Shown in pieces: positions 9,351 to 18,846 of a stretch of DNA of 64,000 nucleotides; the first letter of the stretch is position 1, and each line of letters begins with the position of its first letter. This DNA comes from an uncultured Roseburia sp. GTDB lineage: Bacteria > Bacillota > Clostridia > Lachnospirales > Lachnospiraceae. The position numbers and the translations under genes were made by a program. The stretch covers positions 33,491 to 97,490 of the forward strand of contig CAJTOI010000011.1 of NCBI GenBank assembly GCA_910577925.1, written 5' to 3'. The notes under the pieces were generated by a model. It was not told where the DNA came from. It saw only the letters and a program-made list of their open reading frames with translations, and searched no databases.

Positions 9351-11537
9351 ATGAGCGAGACAAAGAGAACAATTTTTTCTTTAAACGAAGGATGGAAGTT
9401 TTATCAGAACGGTGTGTGCAGTGAAGTACGCCTGCCGCACACATGGAACGCCGTGGACGGACAGGACGGCGGCAACGATTATTACCGCGGGACCTGCCGG
9501 TATGTGCGGACGCTCAAAAAGCCTGCGGCCGCGGACGGGGCGCGCATTTTTCTGGAGATCAAGGGCGCGGCGATGTCCGCAGAGGTGCGGCTGAACGGGG
9601 ATCTTCTCGCGGCTCATCAGGGCGGCTACAGCACGTTCCGCGTGGATCTGACGGAGCACCTTCGGGAGGAAAATGAACTTGAAATTTCCGTGGATAATAG
9701 CGACAACGACACGGTCTACCCGCAGAAAGCGGACTTTACCTTCTATGGGGGGCTGTACCGGGATGTGAATCTGATTGTGGTGCCGGAAGTACATTTTGAC
9801 CTGTCGTACTGCGGCGCGCCGGGAATTAAGGTGACGCCGATTGTCGATTTGGAGAAAAAGTCCGCAGCGGTCACGGTAGAGACCTGGCAGCAGGGAGAGG
9901 GAGACGTGACGATTGCCGTGGACGGACGCAGCAGGACCGTGACGCCGGAGAACGGACACGCCGCCGCGGAGTTTACAATTGAGAACGTGCATCTGTGGGA
10001 CGGCGTTGACGACCCGTATCTGTATACCGCGACGGCGTCTCTGGAGAGCGGGGACGAAATTTCGACCCGCTTTGGCTGCCGCTCTTACGTGATTGACGCA
10101 CAGAAAGGGTTCCTTTTGAACGGGCGCAGTTATCCGCTGCGCGGAGTCAGCCGTCATCAGGACTGCAAGGGTGTGGGAAATGCGCTGACACTCGAACATC
10201 ACAGGCGCGATATGGAGATCATCAGAGAAATCGGTGCGAATACACTGCGGCTTGCCCACTACCAGCATGCGGACGAGTTTTACGATCTGTGCGACGAGAA
10301 CGGTATGATCGTATGGGCCGAGATCCCGTATATTACGATGCACATGAAAAACGGGCGCGAAAATACGCTTTCGCAGATGGAAGAGCTGATCGCGCAGTGC
10401 TACAACCACCCCTCGATTGCGGTGTGGGGGCTCAGCAATGAGATCACGGCGGCCAGCGCCGTAAATGAGGATCTGCTGGAAAACCACCGGCTCTTAAACG
10501 AGCTGTGCCACCAGATGGATCCGACGCGTCCGACAACAATGGCAAATGTGTTTATGCTCGAAACCGACAGCCCGATTTTAGATATCCCGGATGTCAACAG
10601 CTATAATCTGTATTTCGGATGGTATCTGGGTGAGCTGGAGCAGAATGACGAGTTTTTTGACGAATACCACAGCAAGTACCCGAACCGGCCGATCGGTTTT
10701 TCCGAGTACGGAGCGGATGCAAATCCGCAGTTCCAGAACAGCGCGCCGGAAAAGGGCGATTACACGGAATCGTACCAGGCGCTCTACCATGAGCATATTC
10801 TTGCGATGATTGAGAAACGCCCGTGGATGTGGGCGACCCATGTCTGGAATCTGTTTGATTTCGCGGCGGACGGGCGCGACGAGGGCGGCAAGCACGGGGA
10901 GAACCAGAAGGGGCTTGTCACGATTGACCGACAGACGCGGAAAGACGCGTTTTATCTCTATAAGGCAGCGTGGAATCCCGCGCCGATGGTGCATATCTGC
11001 GGCAGACGCTATGTGGACCGCGCCGAGGACGTGACGGAGATTAAAGTGTATTCGAATGCGGACGGAGTGTCCTTGTCTGTGGACGGTAAGGCGTTTGAGA
11101 CGCAGCGGGGACGCCGGGTATTCCGGTTCCGTGTGCCGATTGCCGGCGAGCACACGATTGAGGCAAAGGCGGCGGGGCTTTCCGACGCGATTACCGTGCG
11201 CAGAGTGCAGGAGGAGAATCCGTCGTATGCGTTTGTGAAGAAGCAGGATGTCGTCAACTGGTTTGATCAGGACGGACTTGACCCGGACTGCTATTCGGTT
11301 TCCGACACGATGGCGGATCTGCGTTCCAACCCGCAGGCGGGCGCGGTCGTGGAAGAGCTGATGGCCAAAGCGTCGGCGTCGAGAGGCGATGTCGCGGAGG
11401 CGGTCAAGGATAATCCGGGCTTACAGCGGATGATGGGGCGCATGACGCTTATTTCCCTTCTGAAGCAGGCGGGCAACATCGACGAGGAGAGTATCAGACA
11501 GCTCAACCGTATTTTACAGGGAATCAAAAAGAGCTGA
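9351..11537 (+). CDS. glycoside hydrolase family 2 (beta-galactosidase/glucuronidase-like)
   Basis: ORF 9291..11537; ATG 9351 follows AGGAGG (9335-9340). Acid/base-type WGLSNE and nucleophile-type FSEYGAD. Confidence 0.85.
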   Translation: MSETKRTIFSLNEGWKFYQNGVCSEVRLPHTWNAVDGQDGGNDYYRGTCRYVRTLKKPAAADGARIFLEIKGAAMSAEVRLNGDLLAAHQGGYSTFRVDLTEHLREENELEISVDNSDNDTVYPQKADFTFYGGLYRDVNLIVVPEVHFDLSYCGAPGIKVTPIVDLEKKSAAVTVETWQQGEGDVTIAVDGRSRTVTPENGHAAAEFTIENVHLWDGVDDPYLYTATASLESGDEISTRFGCRSYVIDAQKGFLLNGRSYPLRGVSRHQDCKGVGNALTLEHHRRDMEIIREIGANTLRLAHYQHADEFYDLCDENGMIVWAEIPYITMHMKNGRENTLSQMEELIAQCYNHPSIAVWGLSNEITAASAVNEDLLENHRLLNELCHQMDPTRPTTMANVFMLETDSPILDIPDVNSYNLYFGWYLGELEQNDEFFDEYHSKYPNRPIGFSEYGADANPQFQNSAPEKGDYTESYQALYHEHILAMIEKRPWMWATHVWNLFDFAADGRDEGGKHGENQKGLVTIDRQTRKDAFYLYKAAWNPAPMVHICGRRYVDRAEDVTEIKVYSNADGVSLSVDGKAFETQRGRRVFRFRVPIAGEHTIEAKAAGLSDAITVRRVQEENPSYAFVKKQDVVNWFDQDGLDPDCYSVSDTMADLRSNPQAGAVVEELMAKASASRGDVAEAVKDNPGLQRMMGRMTLISLLKQAGNIDEESIRQLNRILQGIKKS

Positions 11538-11563
11538 GTGAGCGGGCGGAAGGAGTGAGGAGT

Positions 11564-12412
11564 ATGCCGATAAAGGCAGTGCAGCAGTTTATGCTGGGAA
11601 CGGTGATGAACAGTGAAAAGCAGGCGGCGGATACAATGCGGCAGATGCGGGCTGCGGGTTATGACGGGATTGAGCTGTGCGGTTTTATGATCCACCCGAG
11701 CGGTTTTCTGGTGAAGCTGATGACAAAGGCGGCGGGAATGCCGGTCGGAAACGGCGGGAAGCTGGACTGGCAGCGGCTTGTGAAAGAGAGCGGGCTGCAG
11801 GTGGTGTCGATTCATCAGGATCTCGGAAGCATTGAGCGCGACGCGTCCGCAGCCGCGGACGAGGCGAAGCGGTTCGGGACGAACAAAATCGTTATCACCG
11901 GAATGTACCGTTTTCCGTACGGGGAGGAGCAGGCTGTCCGGGCGCTTGCAGAGCGGCTGAATGCGGCCGGAAAGGCGCTCTCTGCAGAGGGGATTTCTCT
12001 GCTTTACCACAATCATAACTGCGAGTTTCTGCGTGTGGCGCCGGGGAAAACCGCTTATCAGCTTCTGTGCGAGGAGACGGACCCTGCGGCGGTTAATTTT
12101 GAGTTTGACAGCTACTGGTGCGCGGACTGCGGGCAGAACCCGCTTGCGGTCATGGAGACGCTCGGCCCGCGGATGAAGCTCTGGCATATCAACGACAGGG
12201 GAACGAGGCAGGAAGGCCCCTGCATGACGCCGATTTTAAAAAGCGACAGTATGGAACTGGGGTACGGCGCCATGCCGCTTGAGGAGCTCTCGGCGAAAGC
12301 GAAAGAGCTTGGCGTTGCGGCAGTGATTCTCGAAAGTCACCGGAACTGGATTGACAAGAGCCCGGTGAAGAGCTTTGCGCGCAGCGCGGAATTTTTAAAC
12401 AGACATTTTTGA
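11564..12412 (+). CDS. sugar phosphate isomerase/epimerase (xylose-isomerase-like TIM barrel)
   Basis: ORF 11555..12412; ATG 11564 after GGAAGGAGTGAGG. Family-like LLYHNHNCEF and LWHINDR blocks. Confidence 0.7.
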   Translation: MPIKAVQQFMLGTVMNSEKQAADTMRQMRAAGYDGIELCGFMIHPSGFLVKLMTKAAGMPVGNGGKLDWQRLVKESGLQVVSIHQDLGSIERDASAAADEAKRFGTNKIVITGMYRFPYGEEQAVRALAERLNAAGKALSAEGISLLYHNHNCEFLRVAPGKTAYQLLCEETDPAAVNFEFDSYWCADCGQNPLAVMETLGPRMKLWHINDRGTRQEGPCMTPILKSDSMELGYGAMPLEELSAKAKELGVAAVILESHRNWIDKSPVKSFARSAEFLNRHF

Positions 12413-12465
12413 GGAGAGGGGGCAGGCGCATTTGATTTGAAATGCCGGAAAATAAATTTTACCTG

Positions 12466-12496
12466 TTGACTCTGACGTTACGTGATAGTGTACAAT
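12466..12496 (+). promoter_or_regulatory. MerR-type promoter with 19-bp spacer
   Basis: TTGACT (12466-12471), 19-nt spacer containing ACGT-T-ACGT dyad (TGACGTTACGTGA), TACAAT (12491-12496), 38 nt upstream of the MerR-family ATG. Confidence 0.6.
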
Positions 12497-12534
12497 CTGT
12501 TTTGGAAAGACAAAAACAGGAGGTGTGGATTAAA

Positions 12535-13293
12535 ATGCGGACGGTAAATGAGGTCAGCAGACTTACGGGTGTCAGTGTCCGCGCACTTCACCACTATGAC
12601 GCGATCGGGCTGCTCAAGCCGACGGAAATCACGGAGGCGGGATACCGCCAATATGACGATGCGGCGCTTGCGCGGCTGCAGAGTATACTGCTGTTCCGCG
12701 AACTGCAGTTTCCGTTAAAAGAAATCGGGACAATTCTTGACAGTCCGGATTTTGATGCGGGGGAGGCGCTTGCACAGCAGATCCGGCTCCTGGAGCTGCG
12801 GCGAAAGCATCTGGATGAACTGATTGCGTTTGCACGCGAGATTGAAAGAGGAGGAATTGACAAAATGAGTTTTCAGGCATTTCAAAAAGACGAGATAGAC
12901 CAGTATGAAAAAGAGGTCCGGGAGAGGTGGGGCACTACCCGGGCATACGAAGAATACCGGCAGAAGACAGCGGGAAAGACAAAGGAGGAGCTTGGCGCGT
13001 CGGGAGAGAGACTGCTTGCGCTGCTTGCCGAGATCGGCGGACTCCGCCCGTCTTTGCCCGACGAAACCGCGGTGCAGGAAAAAGTCCGGGAGCTGCAGGC
13101 TTTTATCACGGAGCATTATTACACCTGCACGGATGAGATTTTTATGGGATTGGGTGAGATGTACGCAGGCGACGGGCGCATGAAGCGGAACATCGACGGC
13201 GCGGGCGGCGAGGGGACGGCGGAATTTGTGCGGCAGGCCGTTTCGGTGTACTGTAAGGTAAAAGCCTTAAACGGTAAAAGCCCCTGCGAATAA
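12535..13293 (+). CDS. MerR family regulator, TipA/Mta-like (C-terminal TipAS-type domain)
   Basis: ORF 12442..13293; ATG 12535 follows AGGAGG. HTH VNEVSRLTGVSVRALHHYDAIGLL; C-terminal half resembles TipAS antibiotic-recognition domains. Confidence 0.85.
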   Translation: MRTVNEVSRLTGVSVRALHHYDAIGLLKPTEITEAGYRQYDDAALARLQSILLFRELQFPLKEIGTILDSPDFDAGEALAQQIRLLELRRKHLDELIAFAREIERGGIDKMSFQAFQKDEIDQYEKEVRERWGTTRAYEEYRQKTAGKTKEELGASGERLLALLAEIGGLRPSLPDETAVQEKVRELQAFITEHYYTCTDEIFMGLGEMYAGDGRMKRNIDGAGGEGTAEFVRQAVSVYCKVKALNGKSPCE

Positions 13294-13333
13294 TAAAGAT
13301 AGTAAAACAAAATATTTTATGCTATACTCCTTT

Positions 13334-13347
13334 TGAAACAGGTTTCA
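13334..13347. promoter_or_regulatory. LacI-type operator upstream of the LacI gene
   Basis: TGAAAC-AG-GTTTCA, same arms as the two palindromes at 14452 and 14487; 18 nt before the lacI-family ATG. Confidence 0.55.
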
Positions 13348-13364
13348 TAAGGAGTATTTAATTT

Positions 13365-14357
13365 ATGGCAAGTATCAGGGATGTGGCAAAAGAAGCCGGG
13401 GTCGCAAGCTGTACGGTTTCCAGAGTTTTGAACGGGACCGCAAAAGTGGCTCCGGAGACTCAGAAGAAAATAGAAGATGCGATGAAAAAACTGGACTATG
13501 TGCCAAACGAACTGGCGCGTGGTATGTTTAAGGGAAAATCGAATACGATCGCCATGCTGGTACCGAATATTCAGCATCCATGGTTTTCCTCTCTTGCAGC
13601 TGCAATTGAGAAAATTTTATACAAACAGGGGTATAAACTCATGCTGTTTAGCACAGATGATAAAGCAGAGAGGGAGAGAGACTGTTTTCAAATTTTGAAG
13701 TCCAATATTGTCGACGGAATCATCTGCGGAACGTCAACGATGGCTGCAGCAGAATATCGAAAGGTGGAAAAGCCAATGGTTATGCTGGACTATAAGGTCG
13801 GCAAAAAATTTCCGGTTATTGTGTCGGATCATGCTATGGGCGCGGAATTTGCAGCACAGGAATTTATAAACAGTAAATGTCGATACGTGATTCATATATC
13901 AGGAAACCGCAGTGATAAGAATATTGTATCTTTTCAAAGTCATGAAGTATTGGACAGAAAGTTAAAAGAGGCAGAAATAAAATCCAGAAGAGTTGAAATT
14001 TGCTGGAATGATTTTGATTTCGAAGGTTATTTTGAATTGGCAAAATGTATTCTGGAGGAATATCCGGATGTTGACGGAATTATGGCAGCGGATCTTCCGG
14101 CGACGGCATTTTTGAAAGCGGCGTTTGCGATCGGGAGAAAACTTCCTGAAGAATTGGCGATTGTGGCATATGACGGAACATTTGTAACGAAAACCGGTAC
14201 GACGCAGATGACTACGATCTGTCAGCCGTATAAAGAGATTGCCGGGAAAGCAGTCGAGTGCCTGATGAAAATAATTCATCAGCAAGTGCCGCCGGAGCAG
14301 CTGCCGGGTGAAATTATATTACCGGTAAGGCTGGAAAAAGGAACAACGACAAGATAG
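13365..14357 (+). CDS. LacI family transcriptional regulator
   Basis: HTH MASIRDVAKEAGVASCTVSRVLNG followed by periplasmic-binding-protein-like sugar domain. Confidence 0.9.
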   Translation: MASIRDVAKEAGVASCTVSRVLNGTAKVAPETQKKIEDAMKKLDYVPNELARGMFKGKSNTIAMLVPNIQHPWFSSLAAAIEKILYKQGYKLMLFSTDDKAERERDCFQILKSNIVDGIICGTSTMAAAEYRKVEKPMVMLDYKVGKKFPVIVSDHAMGAEFAAQEFINSKCRYVIHISGNRSDKNIVSFQSHEVLDRKLKEAEIKSRRVEICWNDFDFEGYFELAKCILEEYPDVDGIMAADLPATAFLKAAFAIGRKLPEELAIVAYDGTFVTKTGTTQMTTICQPYKEIAGKAVECLMKIIHQQVPPEQLPGEIILPVRLEKGTTTR

Positions 14358-14447
14358 AGAAAGAAAAACTTTCTGAACTGTAAGAGATAAACGCTGTCAA
14401 AAGGTTTACGGTATTTACAGATCAGGAAGTTTTTTTATGAAAACCTC

Positions 14448-14476
14448 TTGACGAAACATGTTTCATATGATATTTT
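14448..14476 (+). promoter_or_regulatory. candidate promoter of the ABC/GH13 operon
   Basis: TTGACG (14448-14453), 17-nt spacer, weak -10 TATTTT (14471-14476); overlapped by operator 14452-14465. Confidence 0.35.
14452..14465. promoter_or_regulatory. LacI-type operator O1
   Basis: CGAAACATGTTTCA; the 12-bp core GAAACATGTTTC is a perfect palindrome. Confidence 0.6.
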
Positions 14477-14486
14477 GGAAACAACA

Positions 14487-14500
14487 TGAAACATGTTTCA
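14487..14500. promoter_or_regulatory. LacI-type operator O2
   Basis: TGAAACATGTTTCA, a perfect 14-bp palindrome 35 bp downstream of O1. Confidence 0.6.
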
Positions 14501-14546
14501 TTCGAGTGAGATAAAAAAGAGATACTCGAAAAACAAGGAGGATATA

Positions 14547-15896
14547 ATGAAGAAAAAATTTTTAAGCGCAGTATTGGTTTCGAGCTTGGCAATGGGGTTG
14601 TTAGCGGGCTGCGGTTCCGACAGCGGAACTGACACAGCCAAGGGAAATGAGACAGAAAATACCAAAACAGAAGGTGCGGGGACAGAAGGCGCCAAAACGG
14701 GAAGTGGGGACAAGACAAAAATCCGTGTTTATATCGGTGGAGATAATGCGGATTTGAACGCACAGCTTGTAGCAGATTTCAATGCCCAGAGCACAGACGC
14801 GGAGGCGGAGATCGTTACTTTGACAGACGGACAGAGCGGGTATCAGATGCTTACGGTTATGTACAATTCCAACAGTGCGCCGAATGTATTTTTCTTAGAG
14901 TCGGGAGATATAAAGAACTTACAGGATAAGCTGGCGGATGTGTCCGATATGGATTGTATCGGGTATGCGTCGGAGGGAACACTGGATGATGTTACATATG
15001 ACGGTAAGATTTTGGGTGTTCCGGTAAAAACACAGGCATATGGCATCATTTATAACAAAACGGCGGTAGAGGATTTGCTCGGAGCGGATTTTGATGTGAA
15101 CAGCATTCGGTCTCTTACCGATTTTACGGCGGTATGCGAAGAACTGGAGGGAAAAGGCGTTGCTCCGACCGTGATCAGCCCGTATAACTGGTCTCTTGGA
15201 AATCACTATTTTAACATGGTGTATTCCGGACAGGATGATCCGGATGCGTTTGTGGCTTCACTGAAAGAAGGTACGGCGGATCTGGCTAATAACAATGTGT
15301 TCAACAGCTATATGGATACCTTTGACCTTTTAATGAAATACAATTATTACAAGGAGAATCCGCTTGAGGATGTCGCGGATGAGGCAGTGAAACAGTCGCA
15401 GACATTATATACGGGGGAATCCGTATTCTGGTTCCAGGGAAGCTGGGAGTCAAGCGTGATCCGTCAGTTAGACACGGAGAATGAATATGGATTTATTCCG
15501 GTTCCGCTTGCATCGGAGAATGAGAATAATTATGGTAAAATCTGTTCGCTTGTCCCGGGTTATTTCTGTGTGGATACGGCGTGTTCTACAGAGGAACAGC
15601 AGGCTGCCGCAAAAGAGTTTATTGAATTTGCTGTGCAGTCTGAATACGGACAGCAGTATGTGATCGACGACGGCAATATCCCGGCATATTCCAATAATGA
15701 GAAAGAAATAACCGAGAGCCTCGTTCAGTCTGCATATGAATATGTATCGGACGGAGCAACATTCTCAATGTACACCAAATATCCTGCGGATCATTATGAG
15801 AAAGTAGGAAACCTGATGCAGCAGTATTTATCGGGAGACATTGACCGTGCAGGGCTTGCCTCCGGAATCGAAGAATATTGGAAAGGTCAGGAATAG
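14547..15896 (+). CDS. ABC transporter sugar-binding lipoprotein
   Basis: ORF 14493..15896; ATG 14547 after AAGGAGG. Lipobox LLAGCGS; size and composition of family-1 solute-binding proteins. Confidence 0.85.
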   Translation: MKKKFLSAVLVSSLAMGLLAGCGSDSGTDTAKGNETENTKTEGAGTEGAKTGSGDKTKIRVYIGGDNADLNAQLVADFNAQSTDAEAEIVTLTDGQSGYQMLTVMYNSNSAPNVFFLESGDIKNLQDKLADVSDMDCIGYASEGTLDDVTYDGKILGVPVKTQAYGIIYNKTAVEDLLGADFDVNSIRSLTDFTAVCEELEGKGVAPTVISPYNWSLGNHYFNMVYSGQDDPDAFVASLKEGTADLANNNVFNSYMDTFDLLMKYNYYKENPLEDVADEAVKQSQTLYTGESVFWFQGSWESSVIRQLDTENEYGFIPVPLASENENNYGKICSLVPGYFCVDTACSTEEQQAAAKEFIEFAVQSEYGQQYVIDDGNIPAYSNNEKEITESLVQSAYEYVSDGATFSMYTKYPADHYEKVGNLMQQYLSGDIDRAGLASGIEEYWKGQE

Positions 15897-15912
15897 ACGT
15901 TCAGAAACTGAA

Positions 15913-15960
15913 AACAGGCTGTGCAAAGTCAGATCACTGGTCATGCCAGCCTGTTTTTTC
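15913..15960 (+). terminator. intercistronic hairpin / partial terminator after the binding-protein gene
   Basis: AACAGGCTG (15913-15921) pairs with CAGCCTGTT (15947-15955), then TTTTTC; long 25-nt loop. Confidence 0.5.
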
Positions 15961-16005
15961 TGTAAAAAAGAGGTTATTTATGAAAAATAAAAAAGCAAGA
16001 AATAT

Positions 16006-16013
16006 AAAGAATT
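16006..16013. repeat. target-site duplication, left copy (AAAGAATT)
   Basis: Identical 8-mer at 17140-17147, directly flanking the IS ends. Confidence 0.8.
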
Positions 16014-17139
16014 CGTGTTAGTCAATAACTGTGTTGGTTTCGGATTGAGTCCGTTTTATGGGGCTCAAAAAGTTATAGCATATGATTATCCAATGAAATG
16101 CGAGGCGATAATCACATGAAAAATAAAATTGCGACCCTGTTTGACTGCATCAAAACCCTTTGTGAATCTGATATCGAAAGGATCATCAGCTTTGTGCTGG
16201 GTATCGTTTCTGCTAACCAGCAGCCGGACAGGCCGGCATGTCCTCATTGCGGGCACGCACATGTTATCAAATATGGCCATACCAAAGAAAAACAGCGTTT
16301 CTTCTGCCATGGCTGTAGGCAGACTTTCCTGTATTCCACCGGCACGCTGGCATATCATTCCCATTTCAGCCGTTCCATATGGGCGGACTTTATCCGCGAC
16401 ACGCTGGACGGCAAAACCCTGGATGATTCAGCGGAAGGACTGGGCTTCTCGCACCAGACCGCATTCAATATGCGGCATAAGGTCCTCATGGCCTTCCAGG
16501 ATATGCTGGAAAAGGAACCAGCCATCCTTTCCGGTATCGCAGAGCTCGATGAAACTTTTGTGCTTGACTGCTATAAGGGGAAACAGCTTCCTGAGGAGGT
16601 CAGCCGCGCCGCACGCAGACATGGAGCAAAAGCCGCAAAGCGCGGAATCTCAAGTGAATATGTCGCAATCTGCACCGGCATCCAGCGTGACGGGAAGGCT
16701 GTGGCTGAAACGGTAAACCGCGCAAAACCCTCAGGTAAGGAACTGTGCGGAATATTCAGCACTCATATAGCAGAAGAGACCCTTGTCCTGACGGACGGGC
16801 TCCGCAGCTATAAAAGCCTGGAAGCATCCACCGGCTGCACCGTTGTAAACGTGAATACCCAAAAGGGCAAAAAGGTCTTCAACCTAAATGTGGTGAACAG
16901 CCTGCATTCTTATATAAAAGAGATGTACGTCCATTACCGTGGGGTAGCCACAAAATACATTAACCGTTACAACGCATTATTCTCGATTGCATTCCGGTGT
17001 GCAAACAGCCTGGCAGACTCTCTGTTCCATTCTCTGTGTAACATTGGAAACGGCTGCTTTTGGCATGGTGTATACGATATTCACAACTACAACTTAGTAG
17101 TGCTGTGAAGCAATACCAACATATTTATTGACTAACACC
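16014..17139 (+). mobile_element. IS1595-family insertion sequence (1126 bp)
   Basis: Terminal inverted repeats GTGTTAGTCAATAA... (16015-16042 versus reverse complement of 17111-17138; first 14 nt identical, about 24/28 overall), single transposase ORF, 8-bp direct repeats. Confidence 0.85.
16098..17108 (+). CDS. IS1595-family (ISXO2-like DDE) transposase
   Basis: N-terminal zinc ribbon CPHCGHAHVIKYGHTKEKQRFFCHGC followed by a DDE-type domain (DETFVLDCYKG...). An alternative ATG at 16116 is possible. Confidence 0.8.
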   Translation: MRGDNHMKNKIATLFDCIKTLCESDIERIISFVLGIVSANQQPDRPACPHCGHAHVIKYGHTKEKQRFFCHGCRQTFLYSTGTLAYHSHFSRSIWADFIRDTLDGKTLDDSAEGLGFSHQTAFNMRHKVLMAFQDMLEKEPAILSGIAELDETFVLDCYKGKQLPEEVSRAARRHGAKAAKRGISSEYVAICTGIQRDGKAVAETVNRAKPSGKELCGIFSTHIAEETLVLTDGLRSYKSLEASTGCTVVNVNTQKGKKVFNLNVVNSLHSYIKEMYVHYRGVATKYINRYNALFSIAFRCANSLADSLFHSLCNIGNGCFWHGVYDIHNYNLVVL

Positions 17140-17147
17140 AAAGAATT
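17140..17147. repeat. target-site duplication, right copy (AAAGAATT)
   Basis: See 16006-16013. Confidence 0.8.
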
Positions 17148-17991
17148 TTATTTGTTTTGCCGGACCGGCGCTCTTCTTTTTCTTTACAATTATAGGCGCA
17201 GCATTTATAGGCGGTGTGCAGCTGAGTTTTACAGACTGGAACGGTTTATCTGATTCCTATCAATATGTTGGATTCCGAAATTATATCAATGCGTTTAAGG
17301 ATACGGAATTTATTACTTCCTTATTAAAAACATTTGAATATGTTTTCTTTGTAGTAGTGCTCACGAATATGACTGCATTTTTTATCGCGTACGGCCTCAC
17401 AAGAGGAATCAAAGCCCAGGGTATTTACCGTGTCGGTTTTTTTACACCGAATCTTATCGGCGGCGTTGTATTAGGACTTATCTGGAAATTTGTTTTTTCT
17501 ACCGCGCTTCCGACGATCGGAGAATTGCCGCATGTAGAATTTTTACAAAAAAATCTGCTGAGTCAGCCGAAAACAGCATTTGCATCTTTAGTCGTTGTTG
17601 CAGTATGGCAGTTAGCCGGTTATCTGATGTTAATTTATATGGCGGGAATTGTCGGACTGCCAAAGGACGTATTGGAGGCGGCAAAACTTGACGGCGTAAC
17701 GGGATTGAAAGAATTGAGATATATTATTTTACCGTTAATTATGCCGTCGATTACAATTTGCGGATTTATGTCGATCAAATCGGCATTTATGGCATACGAT
17801 GTGAATATGTCGCTGACCAACGGCGGACCGTTTGCATCGACAAAGCTTGTGGCAATGCAGGTGTATGAGAGGGCGTTCACTTCGCAGCAATATGGTGTGG
17901 GGCAGGCGGAAGCGCTGATTTTATTTGTAATTGTCGCAATTATTACTCTGGTGCAGGTTGGTTTGTCAAAGAGTAAGGAGGTTGAAGCGTA

Positions 17992-18828
17992 ATGAAAAAA
18001 GATGTGAAGAAGAATAACGTCGGACAGGTATTCACCTATGCATTGTTTACCATACTCCTGATACTTTTTCTTGTCCCGTTTTTCCTTGTATTGTTAAACA
18101 GTTTCAAGGAAAATAAGGAAATAATTTTGGATCCCCTGGCATTGCCGGAAAAAATAAATCTTACCGGTTATGTAAAAGCATTTACGGCGATGAATTACCT
18201 GGAGACATTTAAAAACTCATTGACCATCACGATATTGAGTATTGTACTGATTATTTTATTTGCAGTGATGTGCGCTTATTTCTTTGCGCGCAATAATTGG
18301 AAAATTAATAAGATCCTGTTCATGATCATGGTAGCATCTATGATTATTCCGTTCCAGACGATCATGATTCCTATTGTAAAGAATTTTTCGGCAATTAATG
18401 CGGTCGATAATATTTTTATGGTTGTCGTATTTTATATAGGCGCGCATATTTCCATGGCAGTATTTATGTTTCAGGGGTTTATAAAGAATATTCCGGCAGA
18501 ATTAGATGAGGCGGCCACAATTGATGGATGTAATAATTTTCAGATTTTATTTAAGGTGATTTTTCCGTTATTAAAACCCATCATTTCAACCGTGGCTATT
18601 CTGGATATTTTAGCGATATGGAATGATTTCCTGCTTCCGTATATTTTACTGCAGAGCAACCGATTAAAGACATTACCGCTCATGACATATTCGTTTTTTG
18701 GACAGTATTCTGTAGACTATTCACTGGTATGTTCGGGACTGATTATGTCGATTCTTCCGGTCATTATTATTTATGCATTTTTACAGAAGCAGATAATTGA
18801 CGGAGTGGTAGCGGGAGCAATTAAATAA
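17992..18828 (+). CDS. ABC sugar permease (MalG/UgpE-like)
   Basis: Six hydrophobic segments; EAA loop ELDEAATIDGCNNFQILFKVIFPLLKP; ATG overlaps the upstream stop (TAATG). Confidence 0.85.
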   Translation: MKKDVKKNNVGQVFTYALFTILLILFLVPFFLVLLNSFKENKEIILDPLALPEKINLTGYVKAFTAMNYLETFKNSLTITILSIVLIILFAVMCAYFFARNNWKINKILFMIMVASMIIPFQTIMIPIVKNFSAINAVDNIFMVVVFYIGAHISMAVFMFQGFIKNIPAELDEAATIDGCNNFQILFKVIFPLLKPIISTVAILDILAIWNDFLLPYILLQSNRLKTLPLMTYSFFGQYSVDYSLVCSGLIMSILPVIIIYAFLQKQIIDGVVAGAIK

Positions 18829-18846
18829 GCAGAGAGGTATAATGTT

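Larger units (their letters stand above)
15980..17992 (+). pseudogene. ABC sugar permease (MalF/UgpA-like) split by an IS insertion
   Basis: ATG 15980 encodes MKNKKARNIKN, then runs into the IS. Removing 16014-17147 joins it in frame to FICFAGPALFFFFTIIGAAFIGGVQLSFTDW..., which continues into ORF 17216..17992 with EAA loop EAAKLDGVTGLKELRYIILP. Confidence 0.85.
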
